Shown here: positions 1 to 10,529 of the stretch, in pieces
How the letters are laid out: every line of letters begins with the position of its first letter
Position numbering within the stretch: position 1 is the first letter of the stretch
Origin: Malacoraja senta
Lineage: Eukaryota
Assembly: GCA_038087875.1 (NCBI GenBank)
Contig: JAXLNO010000406.1
Location: 62,001 to 126,000 of the forward strand
Direction of reading: 5' to 3'
Length of the DNA: 64,000 nt
Notes under the pieces: generated by a model
What the model was told of the DNA's origin: nothing
Database searches by the model: none
The model's input: the letters and a program-made list of their open reading frames with translations, nothing else
Translations under genes and position numbers: made by a program

Positions 1-49
1 TGGAAACCAATGTCTGAGAATCTGTTCCGGTTCCACTCTGGATCTGTAA
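1..49 (+). CDS. 3' end of a TRIM B30.2 (PRY-SPRY) terminal exon from an upstream gene
   Basis: Frame from base 2 reads GNQCLRICSGSTLDL* (TAA at 47-49), matching the TRIM-B C-terminus ENQWLRICSGSAPGV*. Confidence 0.7.
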   Translation, partial: GNQCLRICSGSTLDL

Positions 50-501
50 ATGTCTTTGGTCCCGGGTCCAAAGTCAGGAACCACTTCTATTTCAAGGTTC
101 CTTGTCACCTTAACAATTAATATTTGTGGGGGGGGGGTCAAATATGGGGCAGAAATCCCATTCACAACAGACGGACGCGAAACAAGTTTCATTTAACCAG
201 CAAATTATTAATTGTAAAGTCACAAGGAACTTGGAAATAGAACTGGTTAAAAGAATGTCATGCAATTGTAATTGAATTTGGGGATGTGAATGCAATCATT
301 TTTTTTATCGATCTTCACCACCTCGATGAACTCGGACTTGGAGTTAACTACTTCTCTTTTCACAGATACTGCCTGGCCCGCAGAGGTTTTTGTAACATTG
401 TTTGCTTTTCTTACAGATTTGTGACACCTGCAGTATTTCTTCGATTTTCATGGGCACCTACAATAAACAAATATCGCAAAAAATTTGAAGAGAATATGAG
501 A

Positions 502-1000
502 GAGTACAGAGAAGGTTCACCAGACTGATTCCTGTGATGTCAGGACTTTCATATGAAGAAAGACTGGATAGACTCGGCTTGTACTCGCTAGAATTTAGAA
601 GATTGAGGGGGGATCTTATAAAAACTTACAAAATTCATAAGGGGTTGGACAGGCTAGATGCAGGAAGATTGCTCCCGATGTTGGGGAAGTCCAGAACAAG
701 GTGTCACAGTTTAAGGATAAGGGGGAAATCTTTTAGGACCGAGATGAGAAAAACACACAGAGAGTGGTGAATCTCTGGAATTCTCTGCCACAGAAGGTAG
801 TTGAGGCCAGTTCATTTGCTATAGTTAAGAGGGAGTTAGATGTGGCCATTGTGGCTAAAGGTATCAGGGGGTATGGAGAGAAGGCATGTACAGGATACTG
901 AGTTGGATGATCAGCCATGATCATATTGAATGGCGGTGCAGGCTCGAAGGGCCGAATGGCCTACTCCTGCACCTATTTTCTATGTTTCTATGTTTCTATG
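502..1000 (+). mobile_element. CR1 (HER1-like) LINE 3' fragment
   Basis: ORF 534-770 reads SYEERLDRLGLYSLEFRRLRGDLI, the CR1 ORF2 C-terminus. Ends in a (TTTCTATG)n tail. Same family as 56285-58140. Confidence 0.9.
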
Positions 1001-1225
1001 AAGTGTGGGCAGATTCGGATTGGGACGGGGAGATCTTCCTGGAGTCTTCTTGGGATACTAATGGAAATTACCCCCCCCCCCCCAACCCCGCCCCCCGTTC
1101 ATAAAATACCAAAGGGTGTCAGCTTTTTTTATTCAGCAGACTTCTCAATCAGAAAACAAAATCTCTTCTTGTTATGTGGTCCATGGCTCGTGACGGTGAG
1201 AAATCCCCACCCTCACTGCAGATAG

Positions 1226-1532
1226 CTGTGGAGGTGGCACAGTGGTAGAGTTGCTGCCTCACAGCGCTAGAGACACGGGTTCCATCCTGACGATTGGTGC
1301 TATCTGTACTGAGTTTGCACGTTCTAACCGTGATCGTGTGAGTTTTCTCCGGGTACTCCGGTTTCCCCCCACAATCCAAGGGCGTTCACGTTTGTAGGTT
1401 AATGCGCTTCGGTGAAATTGTAAATTGTTCCTTGTGTCTAGGATAGTGCTATTGTATGGGGTGATCGCTGGTTGGCGAGAAATTCCGTGGGGGGGATGGT
1501 CTGTTTCCGTGCTGTATCGCGAAAGTCTAAAG
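1226..1532 (+). mobile_element. tRNA-derived SINE (HE1/V-SINE-like)
   Basis: 5' GGTGGCACAGTGGTAGAGTTGCTGCCTCACAGCGC...GGGTTCCATCC with A/B-box-like motifs. Related copies at 4808-5066, 34557-34682, 36688-36835, 42005-42172 and 52002-52285. Confidence 0.75.
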
Positions 1533-2065
1533 GTACACTTGCCAATATCTGAGCAGCTTACAGTCAGGTCTATTTAGCAGCAGTTCCGAATTCTTGCTTG
1601 GTGTGTGATGATATTTCAGCCGAGAAATAAAACGGTTGAATTTATATTCATATTGTTTTGGTAATTTTCTTCATACAATGATTCGGAAGCCATAATTGAC
1701 AGTAGATTAAGGCACATAACGCATCGTACAGGATATTCAACTGATGGTCTGTATTTTTATGATGTATGTAATTCTGATACGATTTATAATCGATACGAAA
1801 AAATGACAGAACTTTTATGAAGCACAATGTAGTTAATATTTTCATGCATATATGTATGCAAACTATTGTCATAAATGATGGAGTTGCTTAAAATACTGTG
1901 TGAGTGGAAGCAAATAATAAATGATGCCAAAATGCAACTAAACTGGTTACTCAAGTGCGATTCAATAATATAAAAATAAGAAATCAAAGCAGGTCCCACA
2001 AGACAGCTTCTCCGTTCAATACAGTCACCCAGCAGTTAAAGTTACTCCCATATTATTTATCTTTA

Positions 2066-2286
2066 AGAAAGACCTGCAGATGTTGGAAAAATTGAAGGTA
2101 GACACAATTGCTGGAGAAACTCAGCGGGTGAGGCAGCATCTATGGAGCGAAGGAATAGGTGACGTTTCGGGTCGAGACGCTTCTTCACCTAAACGTCACC
2201 TATTCCTTCCCTCCATAGATGCTGCCTCACCCGCTGAGTTTCTCCAGCATTTTTGTCTACCTTCGATTTTTCCAACATCTGCAGTT
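2066..2286. mobile_element. Fold-back short element built from two inverted Penelope-like terminal repeats
   Basis: Left arm CTGCAGATGTTGGAAAAATTGAAGGTAGAC... is the reverse complement of the right arm ...GTCTACCTTCGATTTTTCCAACATCTGCAG. A hammerhead-like core lies at the centre. Confidence 0.7.
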
Positions 2287-2653
2287 GCCGAACCAGCGCA
2301 GTGTAACTGCACAGGTCTTTGGATTACTTGCTGTCGCCATCTCCTGGTTGAAAGCAGCGCAGCAATGAAGTTTAATGGAGATCTCCAAAACGCAGTGCTG
2401 GAGGAACTCAGTCGGCTGGACAGCATCTGTGGAAGGAAAAGAACTAGGAGGACTGAGGGAGAACTTCGCCAAAAAATAAAGTGCAATTCGAGGATTAAAT
2501 GGGAGCTTGAATCTGGTTCCAAAACGTCACTGATGCGCAGAATCGGTCCTTGGAACATAAACTAGGGAGCAGAAGTGCAAGCAGACTAAAGCCTTTCTCA
2601 TCCCTCATCACAGATGCTGCCTCATCTGCTGAGCAGTTGCTGCTTTCAGATTT

Positions 2654-3090
2654 TCAGCGGGTTTTTTTCATCGAAACTCCAAAAAAAGGGGAGAGATTCT
2701 CCGTGAATTTATTCCCGCTGAAAGTGTGGGGGTAAAAATTGGTGTCCGCGCCGTAAAAAGAAACCGTCCCGGGCTCGTAGCTGAAGTAGACTCCCACATT
2801 CCCGGGGATTTGAACGGCGGGAAGGGGGAATGGTTGGGAGGCGTTTACATTGAAGCTATCACCAGCTCTTTGGATGGGCCAGAATCCATTCACTGGCGTC
2901 AGGTCGACCCGTTTCTTCCTCTCCATGGACTCTGCGGCGACTCCCGGACCCCAACTTCTATTATCTGCGACCTCCACCTCCCAATAACGTCTCCCCGACG
3001 TGAAACCCACCCATCCCAGCACACACGGCCAGACAGTAAACCTCTTCCAGGTGTCTGGGAGTTTCCTTTGTCTCCTGGTCCATTTTTTTG
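2654..3090 (-). pseudogene. Orphan degenerate TRIM B30.2 exon fragment
   Basis: Translates to LPDTWKRFTVWPCVLGWVGFTSGRRYWEVEV...VGVYFSYEPGTVSFY...FSGNKFTENLSPFF. The start of the PRY motif, the splice acceptor and any upstream exons are not visible. Confidence 0.85.
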
Positions 3091-3404
3091 TGTCTAACTC
3101 CGATTACCCAATTCATTGTCATCCAGGCTTATTTACTGTTTCAGGTGCCTCTCTGTCCCATGAGAAACAGGTTGTTGTTACAAGGATAGACACAAAAAGC
3201 TGGAGTGACTCGGCGGGTCAGACAGCATCTGTGGAGAAAAGGAACATGTGACATTTCGGGTCAAGACCCTTCTTCAGACTGTCACAATGATGCTTGGCTA
3301 AGGGACGCATTGAAATTTTGTGACGCGAATGCAAAGGCTGTGTTGAGAGGGGCTGTATCCGTGTTTCTGCCTCGGTGCGTTCTATGTAACAGCTCAACAA
3401 ACAT

Positions 3405-3860
3405 ATTATTGCAGAGAATTGTGGACGCAGCCCAGACCATCACACAAACCACTCTCCCTTCCATCGGCTCACTTACACCTCACGCTGCCTCGGCAAGGCC
3501 ACTGACATAATCAAGGACGAGTATCACCCCGGGTCACTCCCTCTACTCCCCAATCATCAGTCAAGAGGTACAGAAATGTGAAAACGCACACATCCAGATT
3601 CAACGACCGATTCTTTCCGGCTGTTGTCAGGCAACTGAACCATCTAGAGGGCTGGCCTGACCTGCCATCTACCTTATTGGAGACACTCTGACTATATTCA
3701 ATCGGACGTTACTGGAGTTTATCTTGCACTAAACTTTATCCCCTTGATCATGGACGGCTCGATTGTAATTATGATTAGTCTTTCCCTTGACTGGTCAGCA
3801 TGCAGCAAAAGCTTTTCACTGTATCTCGGTTCATGTGGCAATAAACTAACTGAATAAACT
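3405..3860 (+). mobile_element. Rex1/Babar-like LINE 3' fragment
   Basis: Reads LQRIVDAAQTITQTTLPSI, homologous to the tail of the 3944-4785 element. Ends in AATAAACTAACT. Confidence 0.6.
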
Positions 3861-3943
3861 AAATATGAAGGGTGTATTATCCAAAGATGCCCCTGAATGG
3901 AATTGGTGCGTTGTATATGGAATGTACAGAATACCTGATGATA

Positions 3944-4785
3944 GATGTGAGAGTGCAGGAGTGAGATCGACCGACTGACCAAATGGTGCCAGCACAGCAA
4001 CCTGGCTCTCAACATCAGTAAGACCAAGGAACTGATTGTGGACTTTGGTAGGGGAAGGATGAGGACCCACAATCCTGTTTATATCAACGGGACGATGGTG
4101 GAACGGGTCAATAACTTCAAATTCCTGGGCGTGCATATATCAGAAGATCTTTCCTGGACCCAGCACACCGATGCAGTTGTAAAGAAGGCACATCAGCGAC
4201 TGTACTTCCTGAGAAGATTACGGAGATTCGGCATGTCGAAGAGGATTCTCCTAAACTTCTACAGGTGCACGGTATCGAGCATGCTGACTGGTTGAATCGT
4301 GGCCTGATCCGGCAGCTTGAACGTCCAGGAGCGAAAAAGACTGCAGAAAGTTGTTACCACTGCCCAGTCCATCACCGGCTTTGACCTCCCCACCATCGAA
4401 GGGATCAATCGTAGTCGCTGCCTCAAAAAGGCAGCCAACATCATCAAGGACCCACACAATCCTGGCCACACACTCATCTCACAATTGCCATCAGGAAGAA
4501 GGTACAGGAGCCTGAAATCTATAACGTCCAGGTTCAGGAACAGCTACTTCCCTACAGCCATCAGGCTATTAAACACAACAACGAATAAGCTCTGAACTCT
4601 GAACTACAAAACACTATATTTCTATTTGTCATTTGTACTATATTTGTTATTTATTGTACTTTTTCTTTTCCCCCCGTTGTATACAATGTTTACATATTCA
4701 CATATTCTGTTGTGCTGCAGCAAGTAAGAATTTCATTGTCCTGTCCGGGACATACGACAATAAAACACTCTTGACTCTTGACTTG
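3944..4785 (+). mobile_element. Rex1/Babar LINE 3' fragment (RT C-terminus)
   Basis: ORFs read VERVNNFKFLGVHISEDLSW..KKAHQRLYFLRRL and LPSGRRYRSLKSITSRFRNSYFPTAIRLLN. Tail is AATAAAACACTCTTGACTCTTGA. Confidence 0.85.
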
Positions 4786-4807
4786 ATATCATGAATGTGC
4801 TCAACTA

Positions 4808-5066
4808 TAGTTTAGTTTAGAGACATAGTGTAGAAACAGACCCTTCGGACCAGGCCGAACAGCGATCACCCGTACACTAGTTCTATCCTGCACACTCGGG
4901 ATCATTTACAGAAGACAATTGACCTACAAACCTTAAGGTCTTTACCATGTGGGAGGAAACCGGAGCACCGGATCGCAGGGAGAACGTACAAACTCGGTAC
5001 AGACAGCGTTCGTGGTGAGGATTGAATCCGGGTCTCTGGCGCTAAAAGCAGCAACTCTACCGCTGA
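4808..5066 (-). mobile_element. tRNA-derived SINE (HE1/V-SINE-like)
   Basis: Reverse complement begins AGCGGTAGAGTTGCTGC..GCGCCAGAGACCCGG and ends in a (CTAAA)n tail. Confidence 0.75.
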
Positions 5067-5399
5067 GAATTGATCGCAATGTGAATGAATAGACTGTCCG
5101 ACCCATACGAATGTAAAGAAAGCCGCGCACTGTCTTGTATTTGTTCTGTACATTTCAATAAACAAACTTTAAATATATATATTTTTAAACATTCCGTGCG
5201 TCAGGGGTTATGAAAGGAGACTTGAAGGAGAATGGGGTCGAGAGGGCAAGATAGATCAGCCATGATTGAAACGCGGAGTAGTCTTGATGGGCCGAAAGGC
5301 CAAATTCTGCTCCAAGAACTTATGAACGTGTATGGATCCGCTGAGCTCAGCGCTGTATCTCAGCGCACCCAGTGCGCGCAGCGTAGCTGCACCGTGAAC

Positions 5400-5674
5400 C
5401 AAAGATTATAGAGCGGTATGTGTGTATGTGTGTATGTATATATGTGTGTATGTGTGTATGTATGTATGTATGTATGTGTGTATATATATTTGTGTATGTA
5501 TGTGTATATATATATATGTGTGTATGTATGTGTGTATGTATGTGTGTATATATATAGGTGGGTATGTATGTGTGTATGTATGTGTATATATATATATGTG
5601 TGTATGTATGTGTGTATGTATGTGTGTATGTATGTATGTGTGTATATATAGGTGTGTATGTATGTGTGTATGTA

Positions 5675-5705
<31 letters not shown>

Positions 5706-6368
5706 GTATGTATGTGTGTATGTATGTATGTGTGTATATATATGTGTGTATGTATGTGTGTATATATATATGTGTGTATATATATGTGTATGTATGTGTG
5801 TATATATATATATGCATATATTTGTGTATATAATTATATATATAATTGCCTTTATGGTTTATGTACATCATATGACAGATAAGATAAAGAAAGTAATAGT
5901 GATGCTTTAAATCAAAGTTGCTTCTGATCCATGAGAATGAACTTTATTTATCTCCAACTTGCCTCTCACACACAGGCACACACAAACACACATTCATATA
6001 AATATATATATAAGTTAAATTTAATTTTGTGCGCAGTGTGTTAAAGCAATAGAAGGGAAACTGCACAATACAATGCAAGGGAAACTACGCAAAGGAGGGG
6101 CCTGGGGAGGAAAGATGGGAGGGAAACAGGGTGAAAACATTTACAATAATATTAACTAAAATATGTGAAGTGATAGATGCGCTATATCAAACACTGTCCC
6201 CTACAACGCTGATTACACCATAGATGATAGAGCGGATTACACAGCGGGACGCATACTGGAAGTCGCGTTTTGCATAAACAAATGGCGGCCGTGACGTTCC
6301 GTTACGTACTACACGTCAGTCCATTGGATTTCGGAGGAGTGGTCTATCTTGCTCCTCTAGTATCTTTG
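5400..6368. mobile_element. Non-autonomous DNA transposon, P-element-like (CAAAG termini, 8-bp TSD)
   Basis: Imperfect TIRs CAAAGATTATAGAG and CTCTAGTATCTTTG (12/14). Flanks CCGTGAAC (5392-5399) and CCGTGAAT (6369-6376). An internal TIR-like copy CATAGATGATAGAGCGG starts at 6219. Confidence 0.65.
5416..5830. repeat. Compound (TG)n/(TA)n/(TATG)n microsatellite
   Basis: Direct reading of the sequence. Confidence 0.97.
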
Positions 6369-6391
6369 CCGTGAATCAGGAAGTTGCCGAA

Positions 6392-6802
6392 ATGGCTTCC
6401 AAGGCACAGAGTGAGGATTGGACGGAGGAGACAATTTGCTCCATCTGCCTTGAATTCTTCACCAATCCAGTTTCACTGGAGTGCGGGCACAATTTCTGTC
6501 GCCACTGCATCACTCGATGCTGCGAAACGAATAGTGTGAATTGCTGCCCGGAGTGCAGGCGCGAATTTCCGGGTATCCCTTCCGCGATCAACTGAGCCCT
6601 GGCGAGCCTGGCCGAGAAAGCACAAAAGTTAAAGCTGAGCCAGAAGGAGAAGGAAAGTAAACTCCTCTGCGAGGAACACGAGGAAGAGCTGAAGCTGTTT
6701 TGTGACACAGACAAGAAACTGATCTGCCTGATTTGTCGGGACGCGCGGGAACACAAGTCTCACAACTGTATACCGATTAAGGAAGCTGTCGAAATCTACA
6801 AG
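6392..6802 (+). CDS. TRIM-A exon 1 (C3HC4 RING and B-box2), interrupted by TGA at 6593-6595
   Basis: [81 protein letters not shown], then donor GTAAAG. Confidence 0.9.
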
Positions 6803-7498
6803 GTAAAGGCTTCAGGACTCCAGGGCTCTGAACGACAGGGAGAGGATGAGCAGGGCTGGGACTCTATTCCCTGGAGCGCAGGAGCATGAGGGGTGATCTT
6901 CTGGAGGTGTACAAAACCATTAGAGGAATAGATCGGGTAGACGCACAGTTTCTTGCCCAAGTTAGGGGGGTCGAGAACAGGACAGAGGATTGACGTGAAG
7001 GGGGAATAATTTTATAGGAATCTGAGGGGTAGCTTTTTCACACAAAGTGCGGTTGGTGCATGGAACCAGCTGCCAGAGGAGGCAGTTGAGGCAGGGACTA
7101 TCGCAACCTTTAAGAAGCAATTGGACAGGTACATGGATAGATACATAGATACATATATACATAGACAACGGGTGCAGGAGTAGGCCATTTGGCCCTTCGA
7201 GCTAGCACCGCCATTCAATGTGATCATGGCAGATCATCCGCAATCAGTACCCCGTTCCTGCCTTCTCCCCATATCCCTTGATTCCGCTAGCCCTAAGAGC
7301 CCTATCTAACTCTCTTTTGAATGTTCTAACTCTTTTGAATGGTGGATAGGACAGACGTAGATGGATATGGGCCAAACCCATGTAGGTGGGACTAGGGTAG
7401 ATGGAACATGTTGGTTGTTGTGGGCAAGTTGGGCCAAAGGGCAGGTTTCCACACTGTATGACTCTATGGCCCATGATAAATTTTTCTCCCAATCCCAG

Positions 7499-7594
7499 GA
7501 TCAGATGAGATCCTCCTACATCTCTCTCTCCAAGAAGATATCAGAATTCCAGGAAATGGAACTGCAGCAGAAACAGACGATTCGTAAGATTAAG
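7499..7594 (+). CDS. TRIM-A exon 2 (96 nt, coiled-coil)
   Basis: CCCAG acceptor, DQMRSSYISLSKKISEFQEMELQQKQTIRKIK, GTAAAA donor. Same length as exon 2 of TRIM-C. Confidence 0.85.
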
Positions 7595-8386
7595 GTAAAA
7601 CAAACCACTTTCTGATGATTTCCTGGGCTCGCGATTAGCTTTGCTTCTTTCGTCACACTGAATGAATGAATGAATGAATAAGTTGATGAATCAGTTTATT
7701 GGCCACGTATTCACATACAAGGAATTTACCTTGGTGCTCCGCCCGCAAGTGATAACATGACACACAGTGACAGTTAGGAATAACACAGAAAACATTAAAT
7801 ATTAATAATAAAACATTATCGATTAAACATGTGAATTAATTAAAATACCACAGCAGAAGGAGGCTACAGGTTTTTGATAATTGAGTAGAGCTACTACTCG
7901 TGGAAAAAAGCTGTTGTTATGTCTGGCTGTGGCGGCTTTGACAGTCCGGAGTCGCCTTCCAGAGGAAAGAGATTCAAAGAGTTTGTGGCCTGGGTGAGAG
8001 GGGTCAGAGATGATCGTACCCGCTCGCTTCCTGGCCCTTGCGGTGTACAGTTCGTCAATGCGGGGAAGGTTGCAGCCAATAACCTTCTCAGCTCAATATT
8101 AATATTTAAATACAGATTCAGATTCAGGAGTAGCTTATTCCCCACAACAATCAGGCTATTAAACGCTACAGCTTTCAAATAAGCTCCGAACTACACAGAC
8201 TAGGGACATTATTTTTGCCTCTGCATTTGTGTGTTTATATATATATTTCACTTTTTGTTGTTTATTATAGTGTTTACAGAGCATTATGTTTACATATCTG
8301 TTGTGCAGCTGCAAGTAGGCATTTCGTCTTTCAGTATCAGGATAGATGACAATAAAACTCTTGTCTCTTAATTCTTCATTTAAAAG

Positions 8387-8620
8387 AAACAATCCCGCTA
8401 CCTACAGACTCGCGTGTCTTCAGAATTCGCTGAAGTGCACAAAGTTCTCACTGATAAAGAACACTGTTTAATCAAAGGCCTCAAGGAAGAAGAGGTGAAA
8501 TTCGTGAGCATAATGGAAAGAAATCTTAAATACATTCAAGATAAGTTGATATCCATTCAAGGAAAGCTGGCAAATCTGGGAAAACAGATAACGCAGAAAG
8601 ATGGAGCTATCTTCCTGAAG
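8387..8620 (+). CDS. TRIM-A exon 3 (234 nt, coiled-coil)
   Basis: AAAG acceptor, KQSRYLQTRVSSEFAEVHKVLTDKEH...DGAIFLK, GTGAGT donor. Confidence 0.85.
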
Positions 8621-9399
8621 GTGAGTATCCAAATGTATTTTAAATATTGTCTCAACACAACTAGCTCCTCTATCAACTCGTGGGTAGAGCCGGCAGTGAA
8701 GAAAGCGAATGGGTTGTCGGCCTTCATAACAAGAGGTGTTGAGTATAGGAGCAAAGAAGTCCTTCTGCAGCTGCACAGGGCCCAAGCGAGACCACACCTG
8801 GAGTATTATGTGCAGTTTTGGTCTCCAAATTTGACGAAGGACATTCTTGCTATTGAGGAAGTTAACGCAGTTAAATCCCAGGATGACGGGACTGTCATAT
8901 GCTGAGACAATGGAGTGGCTGGGTTTGTATACTCTGGAATTTAGAAGGATGAGAAGGCACATGGACCCTACGCGGGCAGGTGGGACTAGCAAAGCATGGG
9001 ACATGTTGGCTGGTGTGGGCAAGTTGGGCCGGAGGGCCTGTTTCCACGATGTGGGTCATATTGCAGTCTAGGTAGAGCTTCATGGTATGAGTGCCGTCTC
9101 TTATGGTGAGCAAAATAAGCGCAATCTCTCAAATCGAAGTAACCTTTTTTCAATTAAAGAGGCCAATAAAAATTAAGATTTATTGCTCAAATTCAATCAG
9201 CTCTGATTTTTGTTGTTGTAATCTAGGTTAGACTTCCGCTTCCTGTTGGTAGCCCATGCTTTCCCTCTCCCTCCATTCCCCACCCTTCCCAAATCTCCGA
9301 CCAGTTTGACTGTCCTTCTGATAAAAATAGTTTCCCTGTCTGATTTGTTCTCACCTTCTCCCAACTAACAATGGTCTATGCAACATTTTCCTTGATAGA

Positions 9400-9830
9400 G
9401 TCATAGAGTGATACCGTGTGGAAACAGGCCCTTCGGCCCACCTCGGCCTACAATGTCTCAGCTACTGTAGTCCCACTTGCCTGCGCTTGGATCATAACCT
9501 TCCAAACCTGTCCATGTACCTGAACAACAGTTTCTGAAATGATGGGATAGTCCCAGCCTCAACTACCTCCTCTGGCAGCTTGTTCCATACACCCACCACC
9601 CTCTGTGTGAAAATGTTACTCCTCGGTTTCCTATTAAATCTTTTCGCCTTCACGTTGAACCTGTGTCCACTGGTCCTCGTTTCCCCAACTCTGGGTAAAA
9701 TACTCTGTGTATCGACCCGATCTAATCCTCTCATGATTTTGTACACCTCTATAAGATCTCCCCTCATCCTCCTACGCTCCATGGAATATACCTCACACCC
9801 ACTAGTCCTGGCAACATCCTCGTAAATCTT
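9400..9830 (-). mobile_element. CR1 LINE 3' fragment in a TRIM-A intron
   Basis: ORF 9492-9782 reads MERRRMRGDLIEVYKIMRG..FTQRVVGVWNKLP. Confidence 0.85.
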
Positions 9831-9880
9831 TTCAGAACCCTTTCATGCCGTATCCATGTATTTCCCTCTCCCCTGATGCC

Positions 9881-9915
9881 CAGTCTGAAGAAGGGTCTCG
9901 ACCCGAAACGTCACC
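9881..9915 (+). ncRNA. Minimal type I hammerhead-ribozyme-like motif in a Penelope-derived repeat
   Basis: CTGAAGA-A-GGGTC-TC-GACCC-GAAA-CGTC gives a CUGANGA box, a 5-bp helix II, a GAAA box and a GUC site. Helix I is only about 2 bp. Confidence 0.5.
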
Positions 9916-10304
9916 CATCGCTTCCCTCCAGCGATGCTGCCTGTCCCGCTGAGTTACATCAGCATTTTCTGTTTATCTTGAGTAACACTTGCTGTGAATA
10001 GGACGTCCCCTTTTACGTCACCAAGCACAGGCTCCGCCTCTTAAATAGAATATAGAACGGTACACAAGATAGACACAAAAAGCTGAAATAACTCAGTGGG
10101 ACAGGCAGCATCTCTGGGGAGCAAGAGTGGGAGACGTTTCAGGTCGATAACTTTCTTCAGACCCGAAACGTCACCCATTCCTTTTCTCCAGAGATGCTGC
10201 CTGTCCCACTGAGTTACTCCAGCTTTTTTGTGTCTATCTTCTGTTCGAACCACCTTATTCAGTTCCTTCCTACATAATGCATCTTTATGTTTTATTCATT
10301 TCAG

Positions 10305-10529
10305 GAGGAAACCTCTCGGAAGAGCAGGTAGGACAATTTCTTCTCTGAAACTTTGTTCCAATTGGACGCGTGTTTATGATGTTCAATTTATAACAGACTT
10401 ATCTTCTTTGCAGCCTCAACGAAATAGACCAGAAAGTGTCGGTGACTGGAGGCAGCCTCTCGATGGGACATTTCAACTGCACTTTACCGTTTGCAGTGTG
10501 GAAAGAATATATCAACACTGTTAAATCTG
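10305..10529 (+). CDS. TRIM-A exons 4 (10305-10327, 23 nt) and 5 (10414-10529, 116 nt)
   Basis: TTTCAG/GAGGAAACCTCTCGGAAGAGCAG/GTAGGA, then TTGCAG/CCTCAAC...AAATCTG/GCAAGC. Positions and phases match TRIM-C exons 4-5. Confidence 0.8.

Noticed and set aside
1226..1300. tRNA gene
   Set aside because: A/B-box-like head continues into a SINE body found in many copies, and no full cloverleaf is evident.
5347..5910. ORFs rich in HTYI or CVYM
   Set aside because: Microsatellite artefacts.
6593..6598. Selenocysteine or programmed readthrough at the TRIM-A TGA
   Set aside because: Paralogues have Arg, not Cys, at this position. The context TGA GCC is not a known readthrough motif and no SECIS was recognised.
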